Positions 50,358 through 61,241 of a stretch of 64,000 nucleotides of DNA are shown one piece after another. The notes beneath the pieces were generated by a model. It searched no databases and was not told the DNA's origin. It saw nothing but the letters and a program-made list of their open reading frames with translations. Source of the DNA: a virus (lineage: Duplodnaviria; Caudoviricetes). The stretch is taken from the IMG/VR virus record IMGVR_UViG_3300009031_000221, positions 384,001 to 448,000 of that record; one strand, written 5' to 3'. Positions within the stretch are counted from its first letter, which is position 1; each line of letters starts with the position of its first letter. The position numbers and the translations under genes were made by a program.

Positions 50358-51467
50358 CTACTTCTCCTTGGCGAGGTACTGCGGAGAACGCTGCTTGAGG
50401 ATGAGCCGGCGGTTGCTACCGTTGGGCCACAGAACGGTCTGTTCGACCATCGGCTTGATGACAATGCCTTCCCGCAGACGGTTGGGATCCAGGACGGACT
50501 TGCCGTTGCTGGCTTCCGCAATCGTACGCCCCGCCAGCCAATCCCGTAGGGTCACACCCTGAGCGAGAACGGGGACACGACGGGCTTCCGGGATGTACCG
50601 TAGCCAATCATCCACACTCAGGTAATCCGTGCCGACCTTGATGTCGAAGCACCGGAGTTCCGCCGTCTTCAGCCCGTAGATGTTCTTTTGGACGCCAGGG
50701 CCGATGAGTTCGGAACGGATGGCAACGGCAGCAGCCGGGAACGTCGGAGCCGGAATGTCCTTGACAACATCCAGGAACCCGGACTTGCGGGCGCAATCCC
50801 AGTAGGTGTTCGGTTCCCCCGGGATTTCCTCGATTTCGCAGGTACGGGTCAGGACGGCAAGCCGACCATCATCCGTACGGACGCAAGCCGTGTTCGTGCC
50901 CTCGAGCTTCTCCGTGACGCACACGGGGATATCCATCAGGAGGTCAACAATCTCCAGGTAATTGTCCGCCCCCTCCAGGTCGTACACGCCAACGCATTCG
51001 ATCATAGGGTGCATGACGGCACCGGGGAACATGGATTCCGGGGCATCGTACTTGCGAACGCCTAGCAGGAGGGTTACGTCCGTCCCGATCAAGGTATCCG
51101 CATCGATGATGGGGAGTTCCTTCGCCGGAGCGATCATGCCCTGGGAAATCTCCCCACGCATGACGCATGTTCTCAGACGGTTTTGTTCCACACCGACCAG
51201 CATGGTCTTGGTGACACGACCCATATCGTCACGGGTGACAACACCCGCTTCATCCTTGCCCCACAGGCCAAGGGCGTCGATGATCCACTGGGGCAGGAGG
51301 CTGTCAACGGGGAAGTAGACAACACGTTCGCCCTCAGTGTAGACGCCCTTTTGGATGCAGAACTGGTAGGCCAGCCCCTTCACGGACGCCAGTTCAAGGC
51401 GGTCAGCGGAAGGGTGCGGCCAAATACGGTCGATGGTACGAAGGGTGACTTGGAACGTGCTTGCCAT
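50358..51467 (-). CDS. RNA ligase, DRB0094-like family
   Basis: PHPSADRLELA N-terminal domain, TEKLEGTN, ELIG, REGIVIKP, LILK. Confidence 0.88.
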   Translation of the reverse strand: MASTFQVTLRTIDRIWPHPSADRLELASVKGLAYQFCIQKGVYTEGERVVYFPVDSLLPQWIIDALGLWGKDEAGVVTRDDMGRVTKTMLVGVEQNRLRTCVMRGEISQGMIAPAKELPIIDADTLIGTDVTLLLGVRKYDAPESMFPGAVMHPMIECVGVYDLEGADNYLEIVDLLMDIPVCVTEKLEGTNTACVRTDDGRLAVLTRTCEIEEIPGEPNTYWDCARKSGFLDVVKDIPAPTFPAAAVAIRSELIGPGVQKNIYGLKTAELRCFDIKVGTDYLSVDDWLRYIPEARRVPVLAQGVTLRDWLAGRTIAEASNGKSVLDPNRLREGIVIKPMVEQTVLWPNGSNRRLILKQRSPQYLAKEK

Positions 51468-51476
51468 ATTTACCTC

Positions 51477-51734
51477 TCAGATGTCGTCTTGACATTCTTG
51501 CCGACATGCTTTGCAGCACCGGCACAGGGTTTTCTTGTTGTTGACATCCATGGAGTACGGGCACGTGTGCTCATCCTCCGTGCCTTCCTTTCCGCACTTG
51601 CAACGAGGCGTGCTAAAATGATCAGGGATCCCCCGTGTCTGCCGGGACGGAATTCCTCGAGTCTTGTTGGAAGGGATCCCCCGTGTCTTGTTGTCTGGGA
51701 TGCCTCGAGTCTGATTGTTCGGACGGTCATTCAT
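51477..51734 (-). CDS. Small protein with four xxTRGIP repeats and a C-terminal Cys cluster
   Basis: QTRGIPDN-KTRGIPSN-KTRGIPSR-QTRGIPDH; HTCPY...CRCC..C..EC. Confidence 0.7.
   Translation of the reverse strand: MNDRPNNQTRGIPDNKTRGIPSNKTRGIPSRQTRGIPDHFSTPRCKCGKEGTEDEHTCPYSMDVNNKKTLCRCCKACRQECQDDI
51618..51713 (-). repeat. Four 24-bp imperfect tandem repeats (A-B-A-B)
   Basis: Units 51618-51641, 51642-51665, 51666-51689, 51690-51713. Confidence 0.85.
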
Positions 51735-51771
51735 AAGGGTGCCTATCACCCATCGTCTGTGGGCGTGACCT

Positions 51772-51798
51772 ATCTACGCTCCTAATGGCGAAAGTAAG
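51772..51798 (-). promoter_or_regulatory. Conserved promoter motif + hairpin
   Basis: Exact; CCCA-CAGACGA-TGGG. Confidence 0.8.
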
Positions 51799-51800
51799 TC

Positions 51801-53591
51801 CTAGCGATGTGCTTCCAATGTGCCCAGATCCGTAGAATGGTAGCAATTGCAATTGGCATTATGGAATATCGAATCCATCGGCTTCCACACCATCAATGAG
51901 GTCCACAGAATCTTCCCCAAGGGTACGTCATTAATCAATCGGGGATTCACCAAGTTCGTATCCGGGTGTGCCTTCTGACATGCTACCTGGCATGCAGGTA
52001 TGAACTCTCGACTGAGATTCTGAAGATCCGTGGTACGAATCGATACCACCTGGATCAGAATCACGATAATGGCAATCAAGGTCAAAGACCCGTAATCCTT
52101 GAGCCACTTCTTTACCCTTTCCATATCTATTCCTCCAAGTCTGGGCCAATCAGGGATGCGACACGGCTTTCCCCAATATGAAATGCTTGATCCCTCAGAT
52201 TCTGTGCAGCACGGCGAACGATATCGATGTTCCCCTTACCCCGAATAACGTACTTCCCACTTAGGACATGCTGTGGCACAGGAGTACTTCCCGTTCCATG
52301 CTTAGTGGATACCACAGCTTCCCAGGACTTTCGCCAACATGCCTTGTGCAATTCAAAGGCTTGCTCAACGAACTCTAGGGGGATACCCCATTCGTCAGCA
52401 TAGTGTTGCGTAGGGTGCGGCTTCTCCATGGAAGCCTTTACCCGCTAGACAGGAAAAGACTGGCTAGCGATCCAGGCAGACACTTTGCGCTGAACGGAAG
52501 GGATGGCTTGGAATGAGTACAGATCATGGAATGATGTTGGACCCAAAGCAGCCATACGCGGACCCCAAACGGCCTGAAGATATGCGGGATTGATATTGAC
52601 GATGTGATCCGGCACGTAGATTGTCACGCCATCGGTATCCATTTCCATCTCATCGAAGCGGATGCCATCTGCTTGAAGCATAGCCTGCAGCATGTCCCCG
52701 TCTTCCCTTCCCATCAAAGCCGTTTCGTCACCTGTGAGGTAATCCGCCAGATCAACCGTTGCCACGTCATTCTCCTGTATTGAGTGCATTCAAGAAACCC
52801 TCTAAACAATACCCAAGTTATTCGCCGAATGGGCACGCTTCCTTGAGGTGGTAAGTCATATCGCCTTCTTCAGGACGAAAACTCTCAGGGTCAGCATCGT
52901 AACGAGCTTCTACCCGGGTCATGTCCCCAACGATAGGAAGCATGAGCAGTACCTTCGTAGGACATCGCTCTGCCCCCATGGCATGACCATCCCCAAGGGC
53001 GATAGCAGCCGTACAAATCCGGTATCCCGTGTGAACGTGAACGGTAGATCCCTTGGTAATCATGCCGCTGCCGCCACTTCGCGAAGGTCAAGGTGCTCAT
53101 CGCTGTAGGGACGGTCGATGGATGCCATGCCGGAGTTCGTACGGCAGTGGATGTCAACCGTGGGGCTTTGCATGAGGTACGCCAGGGGCAACTCATAGGT
53201 TTCCACCATGAGTGCAGCACCAGGGCTGGTCGTACCGATGCAGGTTGCCATGATGTGTGGGCGTGCCATCTTGGCATACACGGCACCCTTGGAATCGGGA
53301 GCGGTGAATCCAAGGATGATCGCATCACTGTACGCATCCAATGCAACACGAATGGTCTGCCCCGCCTGGAAAACCCGGCCGTCAGGAGCAATCACGGATG
53401 TCTTGCTGTAGGACTCGCTCATGATGTCCAATCTCCTACTTGGTGGGGGTGCAAACCTTTTGTGCCGCAATCAGTTCCCGAATTTCCACCCGGGTGACGT
53501 AACCTTGAAGGGCTAGGGTTGCAACAATACCGATTGCACACATGCACATTGCAAACTTGATGTCTTTCAGTTCTTTCAGAATGGCATCCAT
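51801..53591 (-). other. Run of ORFan CDSs: 51801-52124, 52127-52429, 52445-52789, 52818-53063, 53060-53422, 53436-53591
   Basis: Dense packing. Confidence 0.6.
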
Positions 53592-53624
53592 CGTCGTTCC
53601 CCTGGGAATCCGTTCCCGCACCCT

Positions 53625-53651
53625 ATCTACGCTGCTTGTTTGGGAAGTAAG
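53625..53651 (-). promoter_or_regulatory. Conserved promoter motif + hairpin
   Basis: Exact; GGGAA-CGGA-TTCCC. Confidence 0.8.
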
Positions 53652-54169
53652 CCCCGCTGATACAAACAAGCATGTACCCTGGATTGAATAGACGTTTGCA
53701 CCAAGTCCCACCCATACCGAGTCAAATCAGGCCGTTTGTGAGGAGACATAATCAGGATTGCGGGAGACACACACCCTAGTTGATGAAGCAACATCGGCAT
53801 CCAGGATGGATCAAGCAAATGCATCGCATAGCTGCAGCACGCCAAGGAATAGCTACCCGTAATCCCGTTCGATGCGATGGATTGGAAGGACAACGGAATG
53901 GCATCCTGTCCCGTTCGTTCCTTGTAGGCTTGCCCTGTGTAGGGATCTATCCCGGTGGCATGTCCCCCGAGGGATTTCACTTCTAGCGTGATTTCCCCCG
54001 AACCGCAAGCCAAATCCAGCACGTTGGTCAAATCGAGATTCCAATCTTGGACGCATTGCCGAAAGCATGCACGGACAATAGCCTCATGCGGGTTCCTATA
54101 GGTTCCACCATCCTTTTGGTAGAACCCAGCGACACCCTGTTGCACGTACTGGCTCCGAATGCTATTCAT
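53627..54169 (-). CDS. Class I SAM-dependent methyltransferase
   Basis: VLDLACGSGE, GIDPY. Confidence 0.8.
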   Translation of the reverse strand: MNSIRSQYVQQGVAGFYQKDGGTYRNPHEAIVRACFRQCVQDWNLDLTNVLDLACGSGEITLEVKSLGGHATGIDPYTGQAYKERTGQDAIPLSFQSIASNGITGSYSLACCSYAMHLLDPSWMPMLLHQLGCVSPAILIMSPHKRPDLTRYGWDLVQTSIQSRVHACLYQRGLLPKQAA

Positions 54170-54938
54170 TGCTGGGGAACCCTTGATTCATATGTTGCGC
54201 CGTTCGAGTTATCCAACTTTTGAATTGATCTACGGACATTGTTCCTTTGCCCCTATTGCATGTAATGCAGCATGAAACAACATTTCCTAGTTCATATCCT
54301 TTATCGTTGTCTACACGATCAATCCCTGTGTAAACAATGCCGCCGTTCCGACCGTGTTTTGATGGTATTACATTTGCTGGAGGAGCCCCACAGTAGTAGC
54401 ATAATCCGCTAACAAGCTCCTTAAACTCCAGAACCCCCAATGTGAATGCTAAATGTCGTTTTCTAGCACTTGCTCTATAAGTGCCAAGCAATGCGTTCCA
54501 CGCGGCTACTCCTTTAGGCAATGACCGGGATGAATTTTGGGCTTGGATTCGGGCTCGTTGAAAACATCCGCAGCTTAGAGTCGCCCCAGAGGCTAAATGC
54601 GTAGTTCGAATTCCTACCTCAGATCCACAATCACATTTACACCACCATACTATCCGGGGCTTTGGCACTTTGTCGGACATCTTTTGAACTTCCCGGCGCA
54701 ATACAACAAGTTTGCCAAACCGGTGACCTGTTAAGTCAGTATAAGGCTTCACTCCAATATCCGCCCGAAGACACCCACAACTCTTAGTTCGTCCGATCCG
54801 CAGGGAATTCATGAATACAACGACATGATTGCCGCAGTCGCACGCACATTCCCAGTAGGCCACCCCTTTACGGGGGATTCGTTCTATCGCAACTAATCGC
54901 CCAAATCGTTGCCCCGTTAAGTCCTTAACTTTCCGCAT
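54162..54938 (-). mobile_element. HNH homing endonuclease with two DLTGxRFG...CxCDCG...SCGC repeats
   Basis: CYYCG, GIDRVDNDKGY..GNVVSCC..CN. Confidence 0.85.
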
Positions 54939-54996
54939 TATGAACTCCGCACATACCTTTATTAGGTTGTCCGCTAATGGACGTGCGATAACTCCA

Positions 54997-56612
54997 CTAT
55001 TGGAAAGATTCAGGCACCAAACGCCGCATTCTAGCGTAAGTGGCTTGAATTGCAAACATTTGTCTTTTCACATGATCGTCCGTCATCGAGGTACTCCAGG
55101 CTGGCCACGTCAATTTCTTGCGTAGCCCTTCGTAGGCGGCAGCCGCAATCGCTTCCTGTGCATTCAGGTGCCGAACGTAGCCCAAGGCCGTGGCATTCCA
55201 CTTGGCCATCTCGATCCAGCGGGTATGTGCGTTGGTCACACGCTTGATGATTTCCTTGGCACGAGGGCTCAAGGTGGGATCATCTACCGCTTTGGGCACG
55301 CGATTGTCTTCGATGAAGTAGTGGAATGCGTTTCCTGTCATGGGCTCCTCACAAATCAAGGGTGCAGAACTCCACCTGAACCTTGGAATCATCCTCGGCA
55401 AAGGTGTAGGCGTTCTTACCGGGCAAGTAGGGATGCGGGACGATGCCCGTCACGGTGCCGACCTGGAGGTTGGACTTGAAGGGCTTGCCGGAGATCTTGC
55501 GAACCCGCTGTCCAACCTCAACCAAATTCTTTTCACGTCTCGGCATGGTTTCCATCTCCCTGTTCAATCTACGCGGGTTGCGTACGAAGTAAGTCTAGAC
55601 CAAGTAGGCGATGACAGCGATGGACGGCACCACGTTGAAGCGCTTGTAGGATGCGTGATGGCACACCTCCGTCACGCGGAGGAACACGCAGTTCCCGTCT
55701 TGAAACTTCAGCAAGGACTCCGGCAAGAGCGGGTTTCCCACGCCGAAGAAGAGGAGTTCCCCCTTCGCGGGCTTCTCGGCGAGTTCCAACTCGATATCGC
55801 CGAATTCGATGATCCCACGAAAGAATGACATTTTACGCACATTGACGCTGACCTTGACCATGATGTTGAACTCCTACTTGGCCTTGGGGGCCTTGGTGGA
55901 TTTGCCCATGGCAGCCTTGACGGCAGCCACGACGAAGGTCTTCTTGTGGGTCTTCAGGCCGATGCCGAAGGCCAAGCAGAGGACAGCCTGCAAAAGGGTG
56001 TGATACGTTTCCGCATTGTCCCCTTCCAGTTCACCCGGATCCCCGATCCCGTCCATCTTCGTCGCCATGCTCAGCAAGAGCTTGCGAACTTCGGGGTCTT
56101 CATAGCCCTCGGCCTCGATCATCGGGACGATGCGTTGGCTGTCCATCGCCAAGTCAAGAAAGTTTTTCAACACAGGCTGCTTCATGTTCATGCTCCTCGA
56201 GGGGTTAGACCGCCTCGTCAATTCGCAGATCCGCACCGGAGTAGCCGTCCGTGGACACCCGGCAATTCAGGCCTTCCAGGCAAACCAGTTCGCCCATGGC
56301 CACTTCCTGGACGGTCTTGCCACGCTGGGCGTACCGTTCCGACATCGTGAGGCGGTCATCCGCGATGATGACGCATTCCTCGGACAGGCCGAAATCCTTG
56401 CCGCCAACCTCGCGATTGTGCGCCTTGAAGGTATCCAGGCTCAAATCCCACGGGGCGGGCTTGGAGAAGTTCGCATCCGGCCACCGGGCCTGCGAGGCCT
56501 TCAGGGATTCCTGCGAATCCTTGTAGAAGCCGCCGATGGTGTAGGCGCGATACCAACCGCGTCCCTGGATGTGGAGGATGTCACCGTGATTGAGGGTCTT
56601 GAGGTCACTCAT
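54997..56612 (-). other. Run of ORFan CDSs: 54997-55341, 55349-55549, 55595-55861, 55874-56185, 56205-56612
   Basis: Dense packing, two promoter copies. Confidence 0.6.
55567..55593 (-). promoter_or_regulatory. Conserved promoter motif
   Basis: Exact. Confidence 0.8.
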
Positions 56613-56656
56613 GTTCGTCTCCAGGCGGGCTAGTCGTTTGCAGCCCCCTATGTATC

Positions 56657-56683
56657 ATCTACGCTGATGGAGGCGAAAGTAAG
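56657..56683 (-). promoter_or_regulatory. Conserved promoter motif
   Basis: Exact; GGGGCT...AGCCC leader stem. Confidence 0.8.
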
Positions 56684-57220
56684 TCACGCCTCAACCGATT
56701 TGAAGCATTCTTTGTGATACAAACGGCTTACGCTCAGCTTAAGCCGCGTATCGGCATCCTTGCCCCGAATCCACACGGCAGGGGCATCCACGTCAATGTA
56801 CTTGCCGCATGCACCACAGGCAGTCATGGAATTGCACGTAATGTCGATGGCGACATGGTTCAGGATCTTGGGCTGCGGCTTGGGCGCCTGACGCATTTCC
56901 ATCATCCGTTCAATGGATTGCAAACCCCGCCTCATCTTGTCGCCCTCGGTGGTATTCGAGGTGTGGATGCGAATCACCGGCGGCATGTAGGTAGAGCATG
57001 TGGCAACCTGCTCCTCAATCCACAGGAACACGGCATAGCCCTCACGGGGGCGCCCGTCCGCATCGGGAGGCAAACCCAGGTCGTTGTCCAAGCTGATCTC
57101 GTCAACCAGGCCAGGAACCTTCAGCAATTCGATGGTTGCCTCAGGCGTGTAGGTACGCACCCAATCCAGGGTGACACCCGCTGCCTCCGGGGTACGCTCA
57201 TCATCAAGGAACAACTTCAT
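56684..57220 (-). CDS. Cyclic-phosphate-processing receiver-like domain protein
   Basis: KLFLDDER, EISLDNDLG, IRIHTSN. Confidence 0.75.
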   Translation of the reverse strand: MKLFLDDERTPEAAGVTLDWVRTYTPEATIELLKVPGLVDEISLDNDLGLPPDADGRPREGYAVFLWIEEQVATCSTYMPPVIRIHTSNTTEGDKMRRGLQSIERMMEMRQAPKPQPKILNHVAIDITCNSMTACGACGKYIDVDAPAVWIRGKDADTRLKLSVSRLYHKECFKSVEA

Positions 57221-57435
57221 TTCGAATCCTCCGTTCGTTCCACGATTTCCAGGTTCGCACATAGGCATTCGCAATCACCCATCTTGTCCAGATAGGCGTA
57301 TGCCTTACCTTCCACCTTCTCGATCCGGTTCGTCTTGATGACGAACGTATGATCCCTGACCTTCAAGGCGGCAAGGTAGGCCTTATCGATATCCCCACGT
57401 GCCGTGAATGTTGCACGTTCCATTCTCTCTTCATG
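57217..57435 (-). CDS. Hypothetical protein, first gene of the leftward unit
   Basis: GAGGAA RBS after promoter 57468. Confidence 0.6.
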   Translation of the reverse strand, partial: HEERMERATFTARGDIDKAYLAALKVRDHTFVIKTNRIEKVEGKAYAYLDKMGDCECLCANLEIVERTEDSK

Positions 57436-57467
57436 TCCATTCCTCGAGGGCATCGTGCCTACGTTCT

Positions 57468-57494
57468 ATCTACGCTGTTCCCACAAGAAGTAAG
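57468..57494 (-). promoter_or_regulatory. Conserved promoter motif, leftward member of the divergent pair
   Basis: Exact; GGCA-CGA-TGCC. Confidence 0.8.
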
Positions 57495-57508
57495 TGTCCT
57501 ATGCGTGA

Positions 57509-57535
57509 CTTACTTTCCTACCCATCAGCGTAGAT
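57509..57535 (+). promoter_or_regulatory. Conserved promoter motif, rightward member of the divergent pair
   Basis: Exact; GGGCG-ATGA-CGCCC. Confidence 0.8.
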
Positions 57536-57940
57536 GATACATGGGCGATGACGCCCTCCTAAAGGAACGACGATGAACACGGGAAGCTTGGTCAATCTCC
57601 TCACGGCGAATACTCCCAACACCGTCAAGCCGGAACCCGGTGTCGGCGCAACCCTCCTGTCCTGGACGGATCGCCACGCTGGAACCATCGAGAGGGTCGA
57701 GGGAAAGCGTCTTTGGTGGAAGCGGGACACTGCGACCCGCACGGACAGCAACGGCATGTCGGAATCGCAGGCATACACCTTCGAGCGCAACCCCGATGCC
57801 TCCGAGCAACTGTTCACCCTGCGTCCGAATGGTCGTTGGGTTCAGAAGGGTTCGCCCATGAAGTCCGGGTGTTGCCTGTCCATCGGACACCGTTCCCAGT
57901 ACTTCGATTACAGCTTCTAAAGAATTCTTTCCGAAGGGCA

Positions 57941-57967
57941 CTTACTTTTCCCATCGACAGCGTAGAT
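57941..57967 (+). promoter_or_regulatory. Conserved promoter motif
   Basis: Exact; identical to the copy at 60325. Confidence 0.8.
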
Positions 57968-58588
57968 GGTATGTGGGCACCGAACGCCCCTCAACACACA
58001 CAAGGAACCTGACACCATGAAGAACCTCAAGAACGTCACCCCCCGCGGCAGCAACGACAACGACCAGGGTCGCAAGAACAGCGGCAAGAAGTCATTCGAC
58101 GGGGGCATCCATCGCGGTTGCACCAAGCCCACGAAGTTCAAGGATCGTCGCGTTGTCGAGTGGCGCTAAGCCGCAAGGCCTTACACGGAACCTGGGAGAC
58201 GACCGATGAATGATGAATTGTGGACGAAGCGGGACGGGACGACCATCAAGGTGTCCGAAATGACGGAAGACCACTTGCGGCGTACCGTGAAGATGGTTTC
58301 CAACAACCGGCGCTTCGACCTGGTGGTCGATGAAATGTCCGTGGAAATGTGTCGCGGATGGCTGTGCGATTACCTCAAGACCAAGCGGGAATTGGTGGAA
58401 TCGATCGATGCCTTGATGTTCGCCTTGTTGGAGGTAACGGGAGAGGTTGCTTACGCATAGAGGAACGTCATGAAGGCACACGCCAAGAATCGCCGTGATA
58501 CCAAGACCAACAACAGCCCCGTTCGTGGGGCTCGTGGCGGGGATCGTGCCGCTGCCAAGCGTGCCATCCTGGCGGATGTACGGTAGCA

Positions 58589-58615
58589 CTTACTTTCCCT
58601 TCTAGCAGCGTAGAT
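58589..58615 (+). promoter_or_regulatory. Conserved promoter motif + hairpin
   Basis: Exact; loop CGAAAGA. Confidence 0.8.
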
Positions 58616-59065
58616 GTAATACGGGACGCGAAAGACGCCCCAAGGAACCTACGATGCAACTTTCCCGATACAAAATCCTCACGGGGCCGCTGGCGGGTCA
58701 AATCGTGACGGCTCATCAACTTGAGCGTCGGGCTACCCCCACGTCGGAACTGGACAACGCACTAGGGAGCGGTATCTGGATCCCTTCATTGGGCGTGCGG
58801 GTTGCTGCGGATCAGGACGCCTACAGCGTTCCCTCGGCATATGTGGATCTGGTTGTCCCCTTTGACCGATTCAATCAGGAAATCTTCATCGGGGATACCC
58901 TTCATGCGGCATCGAAAGCAGCCGTCATTCGGGTCAAGGTTACGGGAATTGGCAAGTCCCATTGGGATAGCGGGCACAAGCGGAAACTCCGTGTCCAAGA
59001 CATCGACTCCGGGGCCACGTTGACCATCAACAACCCCGCCCACTGCATCAAGATTGTCTAGGGGA

Positions 59066-60076
59066 ATGATCATGGATCAAGCAGTCACAACTGAATCACA
59101 CGGCAAGTTGGCTTGCCTCAACTGGCAGACCCTGTCGGATGAGCGTGCCGCAACCGTCAAAGCCAATGGGAAGCTCCGTAGGGCTGCCCTCATCATGACG
59201 GGCAAATGCAACTTCGCATGTCCCTACTGCAAGACCCTGGGCGGGGACAGAGCCCCCACACGAACGAAATTCGATACCATGGCCAAGGTCATGAACATGA
59301 TCAACCACGGTCTCAAGGAACTCCGCCTGTCCGGTGGTGAACCTACGATGATTTCATGGTTGCCCGAGTTGGTTGCCATGGCTCATAGCAATGGCGTTCG
59401 CGTTGCCGTATCCTCCAATGGCTATGCTCCCGTCCGTATCTACGCAGCCCTGGTCAACGCCGGGGTTGCGGAGTTCTCGATTTCATTGGACTCCACGGAT
59501 CCCGAGGAAGCGGATCGCCTTGCCGGCGGACGAAAGAACGTTCTGGCCCGGGTCGAACGTACCATCAAGGCAGTGACGGACATGGGTGCCAAGGTCTACA
59601 TCGGCATGACGTGCTGTGCATCTCGTCGGAATCCCGAGGAAATGAAAGCCATCATTGACCGGGTTGCAGCCTTGGGCGCTACGGATGTCAAAATCATGTC
59701 CCTGGCTCAGGAAGGAACCATCGTTGATATGTCATGGCTGGATGATGCCACGGCAAAGCGGTTCCCCTTCCTTGCATGGCGGGCACACAACTTCAATGAC
59801 GGTCGGGATGTTCGGGGACTCCGTGAGGGTGATTCGCCCCGTTGTTCCCTTGTCCTGGATGACGTGACGATTGCGGGAGATAAGCACTTCCCCTGCAACG
59901 TGTACTTCCGTGAGGGAGGGGAAGCCATCGGGGACGTGAAGGATTCCGCTACCATGTTGGCGGATCGTGCGGTGTGGGCTGAAAACCACAACAGCCTTTG
60001 TGACCCGATCTGCAAGTCCATGTGCATGGATCTGCTCCGTACGTACAACAACCGCGTTGAGGAATTGAACACATGA
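59066..60076 (+). CDS. Radical SAM protein with C-terminal Cys cluster
   Basis: CNFACPYC, SGGEPT, SSNG, SISLD. Confidence 0.9.
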   Translation: MIMDQAVTTESHGKLACLNWQTLSDERAATVKANGKLRRAALIMTGKCNFACPYCKTLGGDRAPTRTKFDTMAKVMNMINHGLKELRLSGGEPTMISWLPELVAMAHSNGVRVAVSSNGYAPVRIYAALVNAGVAEFSISLDSTDPEEADRLAGGRKNVLARVERTIKAVTDMGAKVYIGMTCCASRRNPEEMKAIIDRVAALGATDVKIMSLAQEGTIVDMSWLDDATAKRFPFLAWRAHNFNDGRDVRGLREGDSPRCSLVLDDVTIAGDKHFPCNVYFREGGEAIGDVKDSATMLADRAVWAENHNSLCDPICKSMCMDLLRTYNNRVEELNT

Positions 60077-60649
60077 AACTGCAATGGTTGCCCAGACCTT
60101 CGACGGATCCCTATGGTTGTGGGTGGGAACTCGCAACCAATGACCGTCAATACCTCACCTATGATGGATTCGATCGCTTCGGGGACATCCGGGCCACTGT
60201 CATGGAAGAATCCACGGACAAATGGGTCGCGTACATTACATGGAAGGTCGATGAGAATCCTCCGAATGCCGAATGCAAGAAGGATGCGATGCTTTTGGCG
60301 GAAAGCAAAATCGAAGACGAGTGACTTACTTTTCCCATCGACAGCGTAGATGATACATGGGCACGGACGATGCCCTAGGACGCAGACGATGAACCCACAC
60401 ATGCCGCGATGCCAATGTGGCCACAGTTTCCTCAACCACTGGGCACCCCCTGACCGTTTCCGCCCTGCCAACACACCTTGTAAGGATTGTGATTGCGCCA
60501 GCTACCGCGGGGTGGTAGACGCAGAGCACCTGGCCCTCCTGCAACCAGAACTGCAACGACGCGGCGTGACGCCAAAATGTGATTGCAACGTACAAATCCA
60601 AGCGTTGGAAAAGAGAATTCAGGCCCTTGAAGCCCGACTGGCTCGATAA
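60073..60649 (+). other. Two hypothetical CDSs: 60073-60324 and 60389-60649 (Cys-rich)
   Basis: ATGA overlap; promoter plus leader. Confidence 0.6.
60325..60351 (+). promoter_or_regulatory. Conserved promoter motif + hairpin
   Basis: Exact; GGGCA-CGGACGA-TGCCC. Confidence 0.8.
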
Positions 60650-60659
60650 GGAAACTACG

Positions 60660-61238
60660 ATGTACAAGACTGGCTCCGGCCCCCTCAAGCGCGGCGAACT
60701 TCACGAGGTTCCCCCGGCAGCGGAAAACATGGGCATCCGTGCCCTGCGGGAAATCCCTTACCTCAGCTGCACCTCCGTTGACATCAACGAGGTTGACCAC
60801 ATCGGCCACGATGAGGGCGGTGTGGACATGGATCCCGCCTACCAGCGTGGGCACGTGTGGGAACCCGCTCAGGAGTCCGCGTTCGTTGGCTACCTGCTCA
60901 AGGGCGGCAAGGCTGGCCCGATTTGGGTCAACCGCTACGAGGATGCGACCACGGGCGGCGCCAACTGGTTCGACCTCCCCGTCACCATCATCGATGGCAA
61001 GCAGCGCCTGACCGCCCTCATCCACTGGACGCAGGGGGAAATCCCCGCGACCCTGAACGGAAAGGACATCTGGTACAAGGACTTGTCCATCATCGACCGT
61101 CGCATGCTCCCGCACCTGGATGTGTGCTACGTCAACATGACCGAGAACGACCAGATGCGGCTCTACCTGAACCTCAACAGCGGCATCGCCCACACCACGG
61201 ACGAACTCGACCGGGTTCGCGGCTTGCTGGCGGAATAG
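60660..61238 (+). CDS. DUF262 domain protein
   Basis: PAYQRGHVW, IIDGKQRLTAL, YLNLN. Confidence 0.85.
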   Translation: MYKTGSGPLKRGELHEVPPAAENMGIRALREIPYLSCTSVDINEVDHIGHDEGGVDMDPAYQRGHVWEPAQESAFVGYLLKGGKAGPIWVNRYEDATTGGANWFDLPVTIIDGKQRLTALIHWTQGEIPATLNGKDIWYKDLSIIDRRMLPHLDVCYVNMTENDQMRLYLNLNSGIAHTTDELDRVRGLLAE

Positions 61239-61241
61239 GCA

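Larger units (their letters stand above)
57573..59061 (+). other. Plus-strand ORFans: 57573-57920, 58017-58169 (basic), 58206-58460, 58470-58586 (basic), 58654-59061
   Basis: Each has an RBS; three follow the promoter motif. Confidence 0.7.

Noticed and set aside
51618-51713. CRISPR array
   Set aside because: Contiguous 24-bp in-frame units with no unique spacers and with synonymous variation: a coding repeat.
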